A DNA stretch of 64,000 nt from an uncultured Acidobacteriota bacterium (GTDB taxonomy: Bacteria; Acidobacteriota; Thermoanaerobaculia; UBA5066; DATFVB01): positions 416,001 to 480,000 of the forward strand of contig CAWEYG010000003.1 in the NCBI GenBank assembly GCA_963813155.1. Direction: 5' to 3'. The notes beneath the pieces were generated by a model, which ran no database searches, was not told the DNA's origin, and worked only from the letters and a program-made list of their open reading frames with translations. The position numbers and the translations under genes are program-made. Shown piece after piece: positions 52,266-62,872 of this stretch. Each line of letters opens with the position of its first letter. The first letter of the stretch is position 1.

Positions 52266-55200
52266 AATCGCTTCCGAAACTTGATGTCGATCGAATAGAC
52301 GTTGTTCTCGTCCTTGCTCGCCTGCAGCAATTTGTTCGCGTCGATCTGATATTCGACGAGAACGATCGATTGGGCGTTCGTTTCCGCCGAATAGGAATAC
52401 GTCACCGAGAGGTCCCGCGAGAGATTCTTACCGACCGTGATGACCGCCCCGCCGCTCGTGCCGGCGGAGGACTGCAGGACCGGATCGATCTGAAAGCGGT
52501 CGAGCCGGAAGAGTTGCTGCACGCGGGAGGTCACGGGACGAATCGCGAGGCCCGCGACGCTTCCGACAATCGAATTCGTCGTCGAGCTCTCGGGCCTCTG
52601 AGCGCCTGCCGTCTCGGGCGTGGCGCCGGTCAGCAGCAGCGCCGTGAGCTGCTCCTCCGACAGGGGCGGGTCGGAGGAGAGATGGAACTGCACGCGCGAG
52701 CGTCCGCCGAGCGTTCCGACGGCCTGCACGTTGACCGAATATCCCTTCACGTCGGCCGTCGCGACGATGTCGACGACCGGTTCGGTTCTCTGCGGGTTTC
52801 CGAACGTGATCGTCCCCGACTCGATCTCGTACTTGGCGTCCTGAAACGTGATCTTGCCCCCCTCGTCGACACCGATCTGCCCGAGGAGAATCGGGTCGGC
52901 GAGCGAACCGCGCACGAGGAGGTCGACGGACGCGGTCAGCCGCGCGAGGTTGTTCCGAACCTCGAGGGAAGCGGAAGAGAGGATCTGGACCTCCAGCGAG
53001 ATTCGGTCCTGCCAGGAATTGCGGCTGCCGGAATACGCGGCCCCGCGCGACGGGGAAAAGAACGTCGCGAGCGTCGGCGCGAAATCCTTCGTGTACGTTC
53101 CGGAGAGCAGCGTCACCTGGCCCCGGGCCACCGAGCGGTCGGCGTCTCCGATCAGCGTGAGGTCGGCGTCCGCCTGCAGGCTCAACCCCTCGATCGAGCG
53201 CACGGTCACGTTCTGCGCCTGCGCGACGATCCGAAAGCCCTTCAGCGCGAGTCCCGAGAGCCGCGCGTCGCCCGAAGCCACGAGCTCGCCGCCCCCGATT
53301 CGCGATCGAAACGCCTCGAGGGTCGCCTGCGGCCCGTTCAGGGAGAGGATCGCCGAAATGTCCTCGAGGACGTACGGAGAAAACGCGGCGCGAAAGCGTC
53401 CCCGATCGAGCCCGATCCGGCCGCGGAGCGCCGGCTCCGAAAACGTGCCCGAAATTCCGAGGTCTGCCGACAGGAGGCCGCCGATCTCCGCGTCGACACC
53501 CGCGAAACCGGCCAGGAGGCTCGGGTCGATCGTGCCGCGAACCGTTCCCTCCATCGGGCGGGGATCCGCGACGCCGACCGACAGCGAGACGGACAGCGAA
53601 GTCTGGGGCGAACCGGCGAGGCGAGCGTTGGCCACCGAGATCCTGCCCCGGGCGTAGGTGGCCACGATCGGCTCCGCCTGCTCGACGGCCGCCTTCGGGC
53701 CGTTGGAGATCTTCAACTTCGAGAACGTCAGCTTCGACTCGACGATCGAGTCGTCCTTTGGATCGAGGCGAACGAATCCGGCCGCGGCGAGCTCGCCCCG
53801 AAACTCGGAAGGCAGCGCGGGGAACAGCGCCGGCAGCGTCGCGGGATCGGTCACCGCGAGCGCGACTTGCAGCTCGGGCCGCGGGCCCGAGATCTGACCC
53901 GACGCCGACAAAGACCACCGCTCCGGCGCGGCCGCCTCGAGCCGCAGGCTGCCCCGGTCGAGCGTCGCCGTGATCGCGGGCGCCTCTTCGTCGGGCACGG
54001 GGTGTCCGTAGAGGGAGAACTTTTTCGTCCGCACGGCGGCCGTGAGCGACGGACGGTCGAGGGTTCCTTCCCCTTCCGCGTGGAACGAGACGACGCCGTC
54101 CGCGACGTCCTTCAGGCTCGAGAGCGCCGCGACCCGGGCAATCGGGAGGTCGTCGGCCGCGATACGAAACCGGTACCCGCGGTTCGCGATCGTGAACGAG
54201 CCCTCCCCGCCGAGGACGGAATCCCCGACTTCGCCGCGGACCTTCTGCAGCCGGACCTCGCCGGGACTGAGGACGAGGGATCCGGTCAGTCGCGCGAGCG
54301 GCTGTCCGTAGACGACCGCGTCCTCGAGAACGATGTCGCCGCCGCCCGTCACCGCGTCGGGAGTTCCGCTCACGGGAAGAGTCCCCGTCGCCCGGCCCGT
54401 CACCGGGAAATCGAGGCCAAGATACTTGAGCCCTCGCTCGATCGGAAACCGCGACGCTTCCACGGTCAGGTCGAAGCTCGGGCTCCCGCGTTTCGGCGCA
54501 TACCTCGCGTACCCTGCGAGAGACAGCCGCGAATCCCCGTCGTAGGCCCGGAGCGGATGGAACAGGAACGAGCGGTCGGCGACGGAGAGATTCGAGTACA
54601 CCGTCCCCAGCCGGATACCGGCGAAGAAGACGTCCTCCGCGGAAAGGCTCGCCGAAACTTCGGGGACCGCCCACGTCCCGCGCAGGGAGCCGTCGATCCG
54701 GCCCGAGCCCTGGAGGCCGTAGGCCGCGGCCGGATGGCGGTCGATCGCCGAGGTGAAATTCGTCGCGAGCTTGTCGACCGACCGGAAATCGCGGGAGTCG
54801 ATCGAGAACTGGATCTTCGGGTTCCAATCGCCCATCGCGAAACCTCCGCTCCAGGCGAGGGTCGAGTCGGGAAAGCGGGCCGCGGCGTTCTCGAAGTCGA
54901 TGAACCCGCTTCGGATCGCGATGGGGCCTCCTCCCGACAACGACACGGCCCGGGGGCCCGCTTCGACGGGCGACAGCGAGAGATATCCCCCGCCGTCCCC
55001 CCGCTCGATCTCACTGCCGGACCAGCGTAAGCGAAATCGTCGCGTCCGCCGCCGAGGCGATCCCGGTGCCCGGCAGGCCGATGTCGGAGAAGAATTTCTC
55101 GACCGACAGGCGACGCCCCTCCACGAGCAGCTCGAACTGCTGGGGCGATGCGGAAAGGCGGCCGAGCCGGAAGATCCCGGCAATCGAGCCCCCTTCGAAG

Positions 55201-56196
55201 GCCGCCTGCTCGATTCGGGCGATCACCCCGGAAGGCGAGGCCGAAACCGTCGCGGTCATCTCGTTGAACTCGAATCCCTCCGCGCGAAGCTTCGGAATCT
55301 CGACGCGCCCGCCCAGCCGGAACCCGTCTTCTCCCCCGGCCTCCAGGTCCGCCAGAATCGCCGCCTTTCCCCGGAACGGAAGCTTCACGTGAAAGGCGGT
55401 CTCGACCTCCAGCGCATCGAGGTCGCCCGCAATCGACGCGCTGACGACCGGGAGGGAAAGCCGCGGGACCTCTCCGGTCGCGTGCAGCGTCCCGAACGCG
55501 CCGGCGACCGTGAGCGAATCGACGTGCAGCCGGTCGCCGCCGAGATCGAAACGGGTAGTCCAGGGAGAAGGGCACCGAGACGCCGTCCCGAAGCCGCAGC
55601 TCCGCCCGCCGGCAGTTCAGGCGGCCGAGGAACCGATTTCGGGGCCCCGTGGAATTCAGCTCGGCGACGAACGATCGCACGGCCAGATCCAGGGGCGCGC
55701 GAAGCTCGTTGAACAGAAACGTCCCGCCCGTCATCGCGATCCGGTCGATCTGGACCCGGACCGCGGACGCCCCCGATTTGCGTTTCAACCCGCGGGGAAG
55801 GTTGTCGCTGCCGTCCGGGAAGACCGCGACATGCAGCTGGGGATGCGACGCCGAGATCGACCCCAGCGTGAGCGTGCGCCCGATCCAGGAGACCCGGCCG
55901 GACAGCGACACTTCGTCCGCCGAGAAAAACGGCTGCGACTCGCCGGGAAGGCCGTCGATCCGGACACTGCGCACGGTGGCGCCCGGCGGCACGACGGAAA
56001 AGGAGATCTCCGAGAACGAAACCCGGCGATCGAGGGCCGAAGACGCGATCCGCACGAGGAGGGCGCGGCTCTCGCGCTGAAACCTCGCGGAGTGGTAAAC
56101 GGCGTACGCGCAGGCACAGGCGAACAGGAAAAGGAGGCCGAGGAGCCGGGCCGGCGAAATCCGCGAGAGCGGCGGAGCGGGATCGGTCGGGTTCAC
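52262..56196 (-). CDS. tamB: TamB/AsmA-like translocation and assembly module protein (apparent frameshifts near 55560 and 55030)
   Basis: N-terminal TM, long beta-rich body, C-terminal DUF490-like segment (VRNNLARLTASVDL, LSSDPPLSEEQL, ITVGKNLSRDL); adjacent to the Omp85 gene. Confidence 0.85.
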
Positions 56197-57047
56197 GCTC
56201 CCCAGTTGAGCTTCTCGGAAAGGGTCGTGAAATAGCCGTGCTGCGGCTTTCGCAGCAGCGTCACCGTCCGGCGGGACACCCGGGCCCGCAGCACCGACCG
56301 GGCCGGCAGCCGGTAGCCCTCCTGGCCGTCGAGCGTCAGGTAGATCCCCTCCGGCGTGCCCGCTTCCGCGGAAACTTCCAGCGTCTTGGTCGCCGGGAGA
56401 ACGATCGGGCGATGAGTCAGCGCATGCGGGCAGATCGGCGTCACGAGATACCCCTTCACCTCCGGGTGCAGGAGAGGCCCTCCCGCCGAAAGGTTGTAAG
56501 CGGTCGAGCCGGTCGGACTCGAGATGATCAGTCCGTCCGCGCGCATCGACGAGAAAGGCTTGCCGTCGAACCGAAGAGTGAATCTCGCGATCCGCGAGAG
56601 CGCGCCCCGGTTCAACACCGCGTCGTTGAGAACGCGCGACCGCTTCAGCCGGTCGCCGTCGTGGACCGAGATCTCCAGGAGCTGCCGCACGTCCCGGTCG
56701 AACCGCCCGAGCACGGCGTCCTCCACCAGGCTCTCGACCTCGCGGCCCGAAACGCCGGTGAGGAAGCCGAGCGTGCCGATGTTCACCCCCAGAATTTCGG
56801 CGCCGTCGGAAACCCCGCGCGCCGCCGACAGGAGCGTTCCGTCTCCCCCCAGCGTGACGACGAAATGGATGTCGCGGGGGATCCGGTTCCGCGGAAATCC
56901 GCGGGGAAGCCCGAGGGACGAAGCCGTTTCTTCGTCGAAAAGGACGTCGACGCCGTGACGTCGAAATTCTTCGGAGAGGCGGCGGGCGAGCGACTGCGCG
57001 GGCCGAACCTGCTTGGCCAGCAACGCCACTTTGATTCGCCGAGTCAC
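56193..57047 (-). CDS. nadK: NAD+ kinase
   Basis: VTLGGDGTLL, GVNIGTLGFLT, LND, DGLIISSPTGSTAYNLSAGGP. Confidence 0.95.
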   Translation of the reverse strand: MTRRIKVALLAKQVRPAQSLARRLSEEFRRHGVDVLFDEETASSLGLPRGFPRNRIPRDIHFVVTLGGDGTLLSAARGVSDGAEILGVNIGTLGFLTGVSGREVESLVEDAVLGRFDRDVRQLLEISVHDGDRLKRSRVLNDAVLNRGALSRIARFTLRFDGKPFSSMRADGLIISSPTGSTAYNLSAGGPLLHPEVKGYLVTPICPHALTHRPIVLPATKTLEVSAEAGTPEGIYLTLDGQEGYRLPARSVLRARVSRRTVTLLRKPQHGYFTTLSEKLNWGA

Positions 57048-57060
57048 GAAAGAAACTTTA

Positions 57061-57792
57061 TCAGCGTTTCGCGAAACCGAGCAGGAATTCCCGGTTTCCC
57101 CGGGAGCCGAGAATCGGGCTCGCCGTCTCTCCGATCGGAGAGAGTCCCAGCCTCCCGGCTTCGGAGCGAATCTCCTCGACGACTCGCCGATGAACCTCGG
57201 GATCGGTCACGATTCCTCCCCGGGGAACCTCCTCCCGCCGCGCCTCGAACTGGGGCTTGACGAGGACGATCACGATTCCGCCCGTTTCGAGGAGAGAGAC
57301 GACCGGTCCGAGCACCTTCCGCGCGGAAATGAAGGACACGTCGATCGCCGCCGCGCCGATCGGCTCGGGAACGATTTCCGGCCCGATCGATCTCGCGTTC
57401 GTGTTTTCGCGCAGGACGACCCGGGGATCGGCGCGCAGGCGAGAATCGATCTGTCCGTAGCCGGTGTCGACCGCGTAGACGCGCGCCGCTCCGCGCTGGA
57501 GAAAGCAATCCGTGAATCCTCCCGTCGACGCGCCCACGTCGAGGCAAACGCGACCCTCGACGGACACCTCGAACGCGGCCAGCGCCGCCGCGAGCTTCAC
57601 TCCCCCTCGCGACACGAAAGGATGCGGCGGCTCGCGCACCTCGATTGCGGCGTCCGGGCCGACGAGAAGGCCCGCCGTGGGCCGCTCGACCCCTTCGACG
57701 GCGACCCGCCCGGCGAGAATCAACGCCCTGGCCGTTTCGACCCGGACGGCCAACCCCCGCGAGACGAGAAGGTCGTCGAGCCTGGACTTCAC
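57061..57792 (-). CDS. tlyA: TlyA-family RNA methyltransferase
   Basis: GTG at 57792: (M)KSRLDDLLVSRGL...FVSRGGVKL...LDVGASTGGFTD...DVSFIS...VKPQFE...GNREFL. Confidence 0.93.
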   Translation of the reverse strand: MKSRLDDLLVSRGLAVRVETARALILAGRVAVEGVERPTAGLLVGPDAAIEVREPPHPFVSRGGVKLAAALAAFEVSVEGRVCLDVGASTGGFTDCFLQRGAARVYAVDTGYGQIDSRLRADPRVVLRENTNARSIGPEIVPEPIGAAAIDVSFISARKVLGPVVSLLETGGIVIVLVKPQFEARREEVPRGGIVTDPEVHRRVVEEIRSEAGRLGLSPIGETASPILGSRGNREFLLGFAKR

Positions 57793-58142
57793 GAATTCGG
57801 CGAGCGAGGGATCCCGGCGGGGGCGTCGGCCGTCTCTCCGGCGAAGAAGTGAGCCACGGATTCGAAGGGTCTCGCGTGCTCGAGGTCGAACGAAACGCCG
57901 AAGCGCGCGAACCCGCGCGCGACCTCGTTCCATTCCTCGGAGGCGGCCGCGACCGCCATCGCTTTTCGGCTGAGCCAGAAAGTCAGAATGGCCCGGCCGC
58001 CGCCCTCCGGGTCGCGCAGCACGAACACGGCGGAACATCCCATTCGGCCGCGGACCATCGGCAGCGCGGCTCCGCTCGCGTACGAATCGAATTCGGCGTC
58101 GAGCGGCGGAGCGAGGTGGATTTCCCAGAGGCGTCCGACCAC
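57789..58142 (-). CDS. Small hypothetical protein, possibly ABM-like dimeric alpha/beta barrel
   Basis: GTG at 58142 after GAGGAG: (M)VGRLWEIHL...FDSYASGAALPMVRGRMGCSAVFVLRD...ILTFWLSRKAM. Fold assignment is tentative. Confidence 0.55.
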   Translation of the reverse strand: MVGRLWEIHLAPPLDAEFDSYASGAALPMVRGRMGCSAVFVLRDPEGGGRAILTFWLSRKAMAVAAASEEWNEVARGFARFGVSFDLEHARPFESVAHFFAGETADAPAGIPRSPNS

Positions 58143-58150
58143 GGGACTCC

Positions 58151-58670
58151 TCAGCTTCCCTGGTCGATCGCGAGGAGCTCCTCGTCGGCGTCGTAGCTGA
58201 AGAGCTCGGCGTAGCGGCCCCAGTTGACGACGGTTTTGAAGATCGTTTCCGGGTTCTCGTCCGGGAGCCACATCACCAGCTCCTCCAGCACGATGTCCTT
58301 CGGAAGCGAAGTATCTTCCTGCCGCCGCAGGAGCGTCTCGATCGCGGCGAACAGCGGGACCTTTCCGGATCTTTTCGCGGATGGTGCGCTTCTTCTCGTT
58401 CATCGGCAATTCCATGGTGGCCTTGCCGAACGGCTCGAGGACGACGTCCGAGCCGGGCGTGCTCACGAGACCGAGCATTTCGGCGGCTTTCACGACCGCG
58501 AGAAGCTCTCCGAATTCGATGTGCAGGTCCGCCGCGAGCCTCCCCATCGGTTCCTTGCCTCCCCGGTCGTCGAGCGTTTCGAGCAGGCCGAGAACGCGGG
58601 AGATCCCGCAGACGGGGATCGGTTCGATTTCGAAACTGGGTGTCGGTGTTTCTGGTTCTTTCATATTCAA
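58151..58670 (-). CDS. Stand-alone AAA-associated C-terminal domain protein of a NitT/TauT ABC system (apparent frameshift near 58362)
   Basis: GISRVLGLLETL...ELLAVVKAAEMLGLV, then in the shifted frame VPLF...FKTVVNWGRYAELFSYD. Confidence 0.8.
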
Positions 58671-59479
58671 GCTATCAAGGAAAAGATCTCGCCCACGATT
58701 TGATTCAGGGCGGGATCGCGGCGGTCCCTCGGCCGCGGCAATTCGATTTTTCGGTCGGTGATGATCTGGCCGGGGTGGGAAGAAAGCACGATCACTCGGT
58801 CGGCGAGCTCGACGGCTTCCTCGATGGTGTGCGTCACGAGGATCGCGACCGAAATGAGGATCTCGGGGTCGCGGAAGAGATCGATCAGCTCTTCCCTCAG
58901 GTTGATCGTCGTGAGAGCGTCCAGCGCCGAGAAAGGCTCGTCCATCAGCAGGATCTTCGGCTCGACGGCGAGAGCCCGGGCGAATCCGACCCGCTGTTTC
59001 ATGCCTCCGGACAGCTCCCGCGGATACGCCTCTTCGTAGCCGTCGAGGCCGACCTTGTCGATGTAGAAGTTCGCCTTCTTGCGCCGCTCCTCCGGCGGAA
59101 GTCCCCGGGCGTCGAGCCCGAGCTCGACGTTTTCCAGCACCGTGAGCCAGGGAAGCAGCGCGAACGACTGGAAGACCATCGCGCAGTCGAGATTGACGCC
59201 CGATTGCCGGCTCCCGTTGTAGACGACTTCGCCCGCGGACGGCGGGATGAGGCCGGCGATGATTCTCAGAAGCGTCGATTTCCCCGAACCCGAGGGGCCG
59301 ACCAGCGCGATGAATTCGCCCGCCGAAGCCTCGAACGAAATGTCCTCGAGCACGGGCAGGGGGCCCGTCGGAAGCTCGAATTCCTTCGAGATCTTCACGA
59401 CCGAGAGCGACAGAGGAGCCTTGCCCCTCGATTCGGAAGGCGCCTCGCCGGGCTTCGGAGTGGCGGAGGGCTCAAGCAT
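58667..59479 (-). CDS. NitT/TauT-family ABC transporter ATP-binding protein
   Basis: GPSGSGKST, VFQSFALLPWLTV, YPRELSGGMKQRVG, LMDEPFSALD. Confidence 0.92.
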   Translation of the reverse strand: MLEPSATPKPGEAPSESRGKAPLSLSVVKISKEFELPTGPLPVLEDISFEASAGEFIALVGPSGSGKSTLLRIIAGLIPPSAGEVVYNGSRQSGVNLDCAMVFQSFALLPWLTVLENVELGLDARGLPPEERRKKANFYIDKVGLDGYEEAYPRELSGGMKQRVGFARALAVEPKILLMDEPFSALDALTTINLREELIDLFRDPEILISVAILVTHTIEEAVELADRVIVLSSHPGQIITDRKIELPRPRDRRDPALNQIVGEIFSLIA

Positions 59480-61082
59480 CGATTCGGAATCTTACGGAAG
59501 CGAACGCGTAAAGTCGCCTCCAAATCAGCCGGTTGAGGATTCCGATCGCGAGGACCATCGACACGAGCGACCACGCCAGGAGGCGGGTATCGCCCGAAAC
59601 GGTCGCCCGCTGAAGGAGCTGGCCGATTCCCGGGGCCTCGTAGATCCGGTTTCCGTAGGCAACGTATTCCGACAGGATCAGCGCGTTCCAGCCGCCGCCC
59701 CACCCGGTCACGCTGCCGGTGATGAGGGACGGGGCCATGGCCGGCAGGATCGCCTTGCGGGCGCGGGCGGGAAACGTCAGCCCGAACGAGCGCGTCATTT
59801 CCTTCATCTCGCCCGGGACCTGCCTCGCCCCGGCGAGGGCGTTGAAGAGGAGATACCACTGCATCCCCGTGAGGACGAGCAGGATGGACGCGACGTTCAC
59901 GCTCCCGAGCTCCCGAACAACGAAGAACACGATGAGCGGGAAAAAGGCCGTCGCCGGAATCGAGGCCACGACTTCCGCGACGGGCGTCACGATCTTCGCC
60001 ACGCGATCGTTCTCGCCGACCCAGAGCGAAAGGGGGACCGTCCAGGCGAGCGAGATCGCATAAGCGACGCACAGCCTCAGGAACGAGAAGAGGATCGCGC
60101 GGGGAATCTGGACGGCCTCGGGCGGCACGGGCGGCTTCAGGTGCGAAACGAGAACCACGGCGAGGGCCGCCGCGGCGGTCGCCGCCCCGAGCCAGAAAAA
60201 GACGCGCCAGACCCTGCGAAGACCGGCCACGACTTTCGCCGCGGCACTTTCGGGGGGAAGCCGTTCGACCCGGAGAATCGGGCGGTCGAGCCACGACCAT
60301 CCGATTTCGAACGCCCGGCCCAGAGCCCGGCCGATTCCGCGTTGGCGGTAGAAGTCGAACACGCGGCTGTCGCCGACGGCGCCCGCCGTGAACTCGAACC
60401 GGTACTTCTCCGCCCAGACCGTCAGCGGACGCCAGACGAGCACGTCGAGAAGCACGACGATCGCGACGAGCGCGCCGATTCCCATGGCCATGCCGCGCGC
60501 GTCCCCCTTCTCCATCGACTTCTGAATGAACGACCCGAGGCCGGGAAGCGAATAGGTGTTCTTCCCGAGCGAAATGATCTCGCACGCGACGAGGAAGTAC
60601 CACCCCGCCGCCCACGACAGGATCGAGTTGTAGACGAGCTTGGGCACCGAAGCCGGCAACTCGAGCTGGCGAAACCGCTGCCACCGCGAGAGACCGAACG
60701 ACAGGACCGCTTCCGACGAGTCGGCGGGAAGCGTCGTGACCGCCTCGTAGACGCCAAAGGCCATGTTCCAGGCCTGCCCCGTGAAGATCAGGAAGACCGC
60801 CGCCAGCTCGATCCCCAGCCGGCCGCCCCCGGTGAGCGCAATGAAGAAATAGACGGCCGCCGGAAAGAACCCGAGGACCGGCACCGATTGAAGAACGTCG
60901 AGTATGGGAATGAGGATCCGCTCGGCCTTTTTCGAGCGCCCCGCGGCGACGCCGTACGCGATCGCGAAAACGAGAGAGAACGCGTAAGCCGCGAGCATTC
61001 TCAGGAACGAGAATCCGGCGGCGGCGGCGAGCTTCGAAGCCGGCATCGCAGCCATTCTCGCCGCGGCGCCGGACAGGATCAA
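59472..61082 (-). CDS. NitT/TauT-family ABC permease with two TM domains
   Basis: IPILDVLQSVPVLGF, FTGQAWNMAF, YNSILSWAAGWYFL, ASIPATAFFP, GGGWNALILSE. Confidence 0.9.
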   Translation of the reverse strand: MILSGAAARMAAMPASKLAAAAGFSFLRMLAAYAFSLVFAIAYGVAAGRSKKAERILIPILDVLQSVPVLGFFPAAVYFFIALTGGGRLGIELAAVFLIFTGQAWNMAFGVYEAVTTLPADSSEAVLSFGLSRWQRFRQLELPASVPKLVYNSILSWAAGWYFLVACEIISLGKNTYSLPGLGSFIQKSMEKGDARGMAMGIGALVAIVVLLDVLVWRPLTVWAEKYRFEFTAGAVGDSRVFDFYRQRGIGRALGRAFEIGWSWLDRPILRVERLPPESAAAKVVAGLRRVWRVFFWLGAATAAAALAVVLVSHLKPPVPPEAVQIPRAILFSFLRLCVAYAISLAWTVPLSLWVGENDRVAKIVTPVAEVVASIPATAFFPLIVFFVVRELGSVNVASILLVLTGMQWYLLFNALAGARQVPGEMKEMTRSFGLTFPARARKAILPAMAPSLITGSVTGWGGGWNALILSEYVAYGNRIYEAPGIGQLLQRATVSGDTRLLAWSLVSMVLAIGILNRLIWRRLYAFASVRFRIDA

Positions 61083-61085
61083 GAA

Positions 61086-62838
61086 TTATCGGCGCCGAGC
61101 GAGTTCGTCCGGCCGGAGAGCGAGCGCGATGGCCGCCGACAGCTTTTCGCCGGTCACCGGCTTGACGAGGTGAGCGAGGACCCCCGCTTCCCGGCTCCGC
61201 GCGAGGTCGCTCTCGGTCCCATAGCCGCTCACGACGATCGCGCGGACCGGCCGGATCTGCGCGAGCTTGTCCGGCAGCGCCAGACCGCTTCCGTCGGGAA
61301 GCCCGATGTCGGTGACGACGAGGTCGGCGGAGTTCGCCCGATGCGCGGCGACCGCCTCCGCGATCGATCCGGCGACCTCCACGTCGTGGCCCTGGAGCCG
61401 CAGAAGGGCCTCGATCGCCCGGGCCGTGTCCGCATGATCCTCCACCACGAGAATGCGTATCCGCCCAACGTCGACCGCTTCTTCGCGTTGCGCCGCCGTC
61501 GCCGTTCTCCGCGGGCCGCGGAATCGTCGGAAACGTCACCTCGAAAGCCGATCCCCGGTCCTTGCCTTCGCTTCGGGCGGCGATCGTCCCGCCGTGCTGG
61601 TCCACGATCGCCTTGGCGATCGAGAGACCGAGGCCGAGCCCGCCCAGTCCGCCGGCTTCGGAGCCCTGCTGGAACGGCTGGAAGATCCTCGAAAGGTTGC
61701 CGGGCGAGATTCCGATCCCGGTGTCCGAGACCACGAGCCGCACCCGGGCCCCCGGACCGTCGAAGGTCCGGATCGAAATCGAGCCCCCCTCCGGAGTGAA
61801 TTTCGCGGCGTTCTTCAGAAGATTCCAGCAGACCTGCTCGAGCCTCGCCGGATCGCCGCGCACGTGATGCGCCCGAGCTTCGAGGTTCAGGTGAAGCGCG
61901 ATCTTCCCGGCTTCGATCTCGGGCTGGCAGGTCTCGACCGCATGCCGGACCACGGAGTCGAGATCCACGGCGACCGTCCGGAGCTCGATTTTTCCCTGGA
62001 TCGCCCGGGCGTGGTCGAGGAGATCGTCGATCAAGCGGGTTTCGAGCTCGACGTTGCGCCGGATCATCGCCGTCGTCTCGCGCGCGGCAGCGGAGAGGTT
62101 CTCGCGCTCGAGCAGCTGCGTGCCCGCAAAGATCGGCGTGAGCGGAGTTCTCAATTCGTGAGAAAGAGACGCGAGGAACCGGTCTTTCTGCGCGTTCGCC
62201 TCCTCGGCGGATTGCCTCGCTTCCGCCAGCGACCGGGCGGCCGAATCCCGCCGGCGAAGATCCCGGTGAAACGCGACGATCAGGAGCAGCAGGAGAGCCC
62301 CGCCGGCGGCCAGCGTCGCGATCGTGAAGATCGTGACACTGCGGCTCTCGGCCTGCCGCTGGCGCAGGAGCGCCTTCTCGGCCTCTTCCAGGTCGGCCAC
62401 GAGCCGCCTCACGCGCTCCGTCGCGCCGGGATTCACGAGCGCGGCGGCCTCGTCCAGGCCATCCCGGTCGCGCGTCTCGTCGAGGCTCCGAAGCTCCGAG
62501 AGACGATCGAGAGCGGCGTCCCGCAGGGCCTCGACGGCCCGGCGCTGGGGCGGGTTGTCGGCGACGAGGATCTCGAGCTTCCCGAAATGCCCTTCGAGCG
62601 CGGTCCGAACCCCTCCGATGGAATAGCGGGGATCCCCCGTGAGGAGATAAGCCCGCTCGTTGGACTCCGCGGTCGTGACGACGTCCTGCGTTTCGGCGAG
62701 CTCCGTCAGCACGTTCTTGGTGTGGTTCACCCAGCCCGCCGCGCGGACCAGGCGCGAGATGTTCCACACCGTCGCGACGGTGAGCAGGAAGTGCGCCGCG
62801 TAGAGCGCTCCCATCGACAGGCCGGACCGCTTTTTCAC
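61086..62838 (-). CDS. CHASE3 hybrid sensor histidine kinase/response regulator (apparent frameshift near 61490)
   Basis: WVNHT...AESNERAYLLTGD (CHASE3), FLASLSHELRTPL, NLLKNAAKFT, DTGIGI, GLGLGLSI; receiver ILVVEDH...DIGLPDGSG...KP. Confidence 0.9.
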
Positions 62839-62872
62839 GAGCTTCAGGAGCTTATCGGAAGTGCGCTGTTGA

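Noticed and set aside
57789-58670. Single 293-aa ORF joining the AAA-associated domain to a downstream protein
   Set aside because: Frameshift near 58362. The conserved VNWGRYAELF C-terminus ends at 58151 and the downstream gene has its own RBS.
59395-62838. 1147-aa histidine kinase ORF running over the ABC permease
   Set aside because: After about 61490 the translation is an off-frame Arg/Gly-rich shadow; the receiver domain and permease are in other frames.
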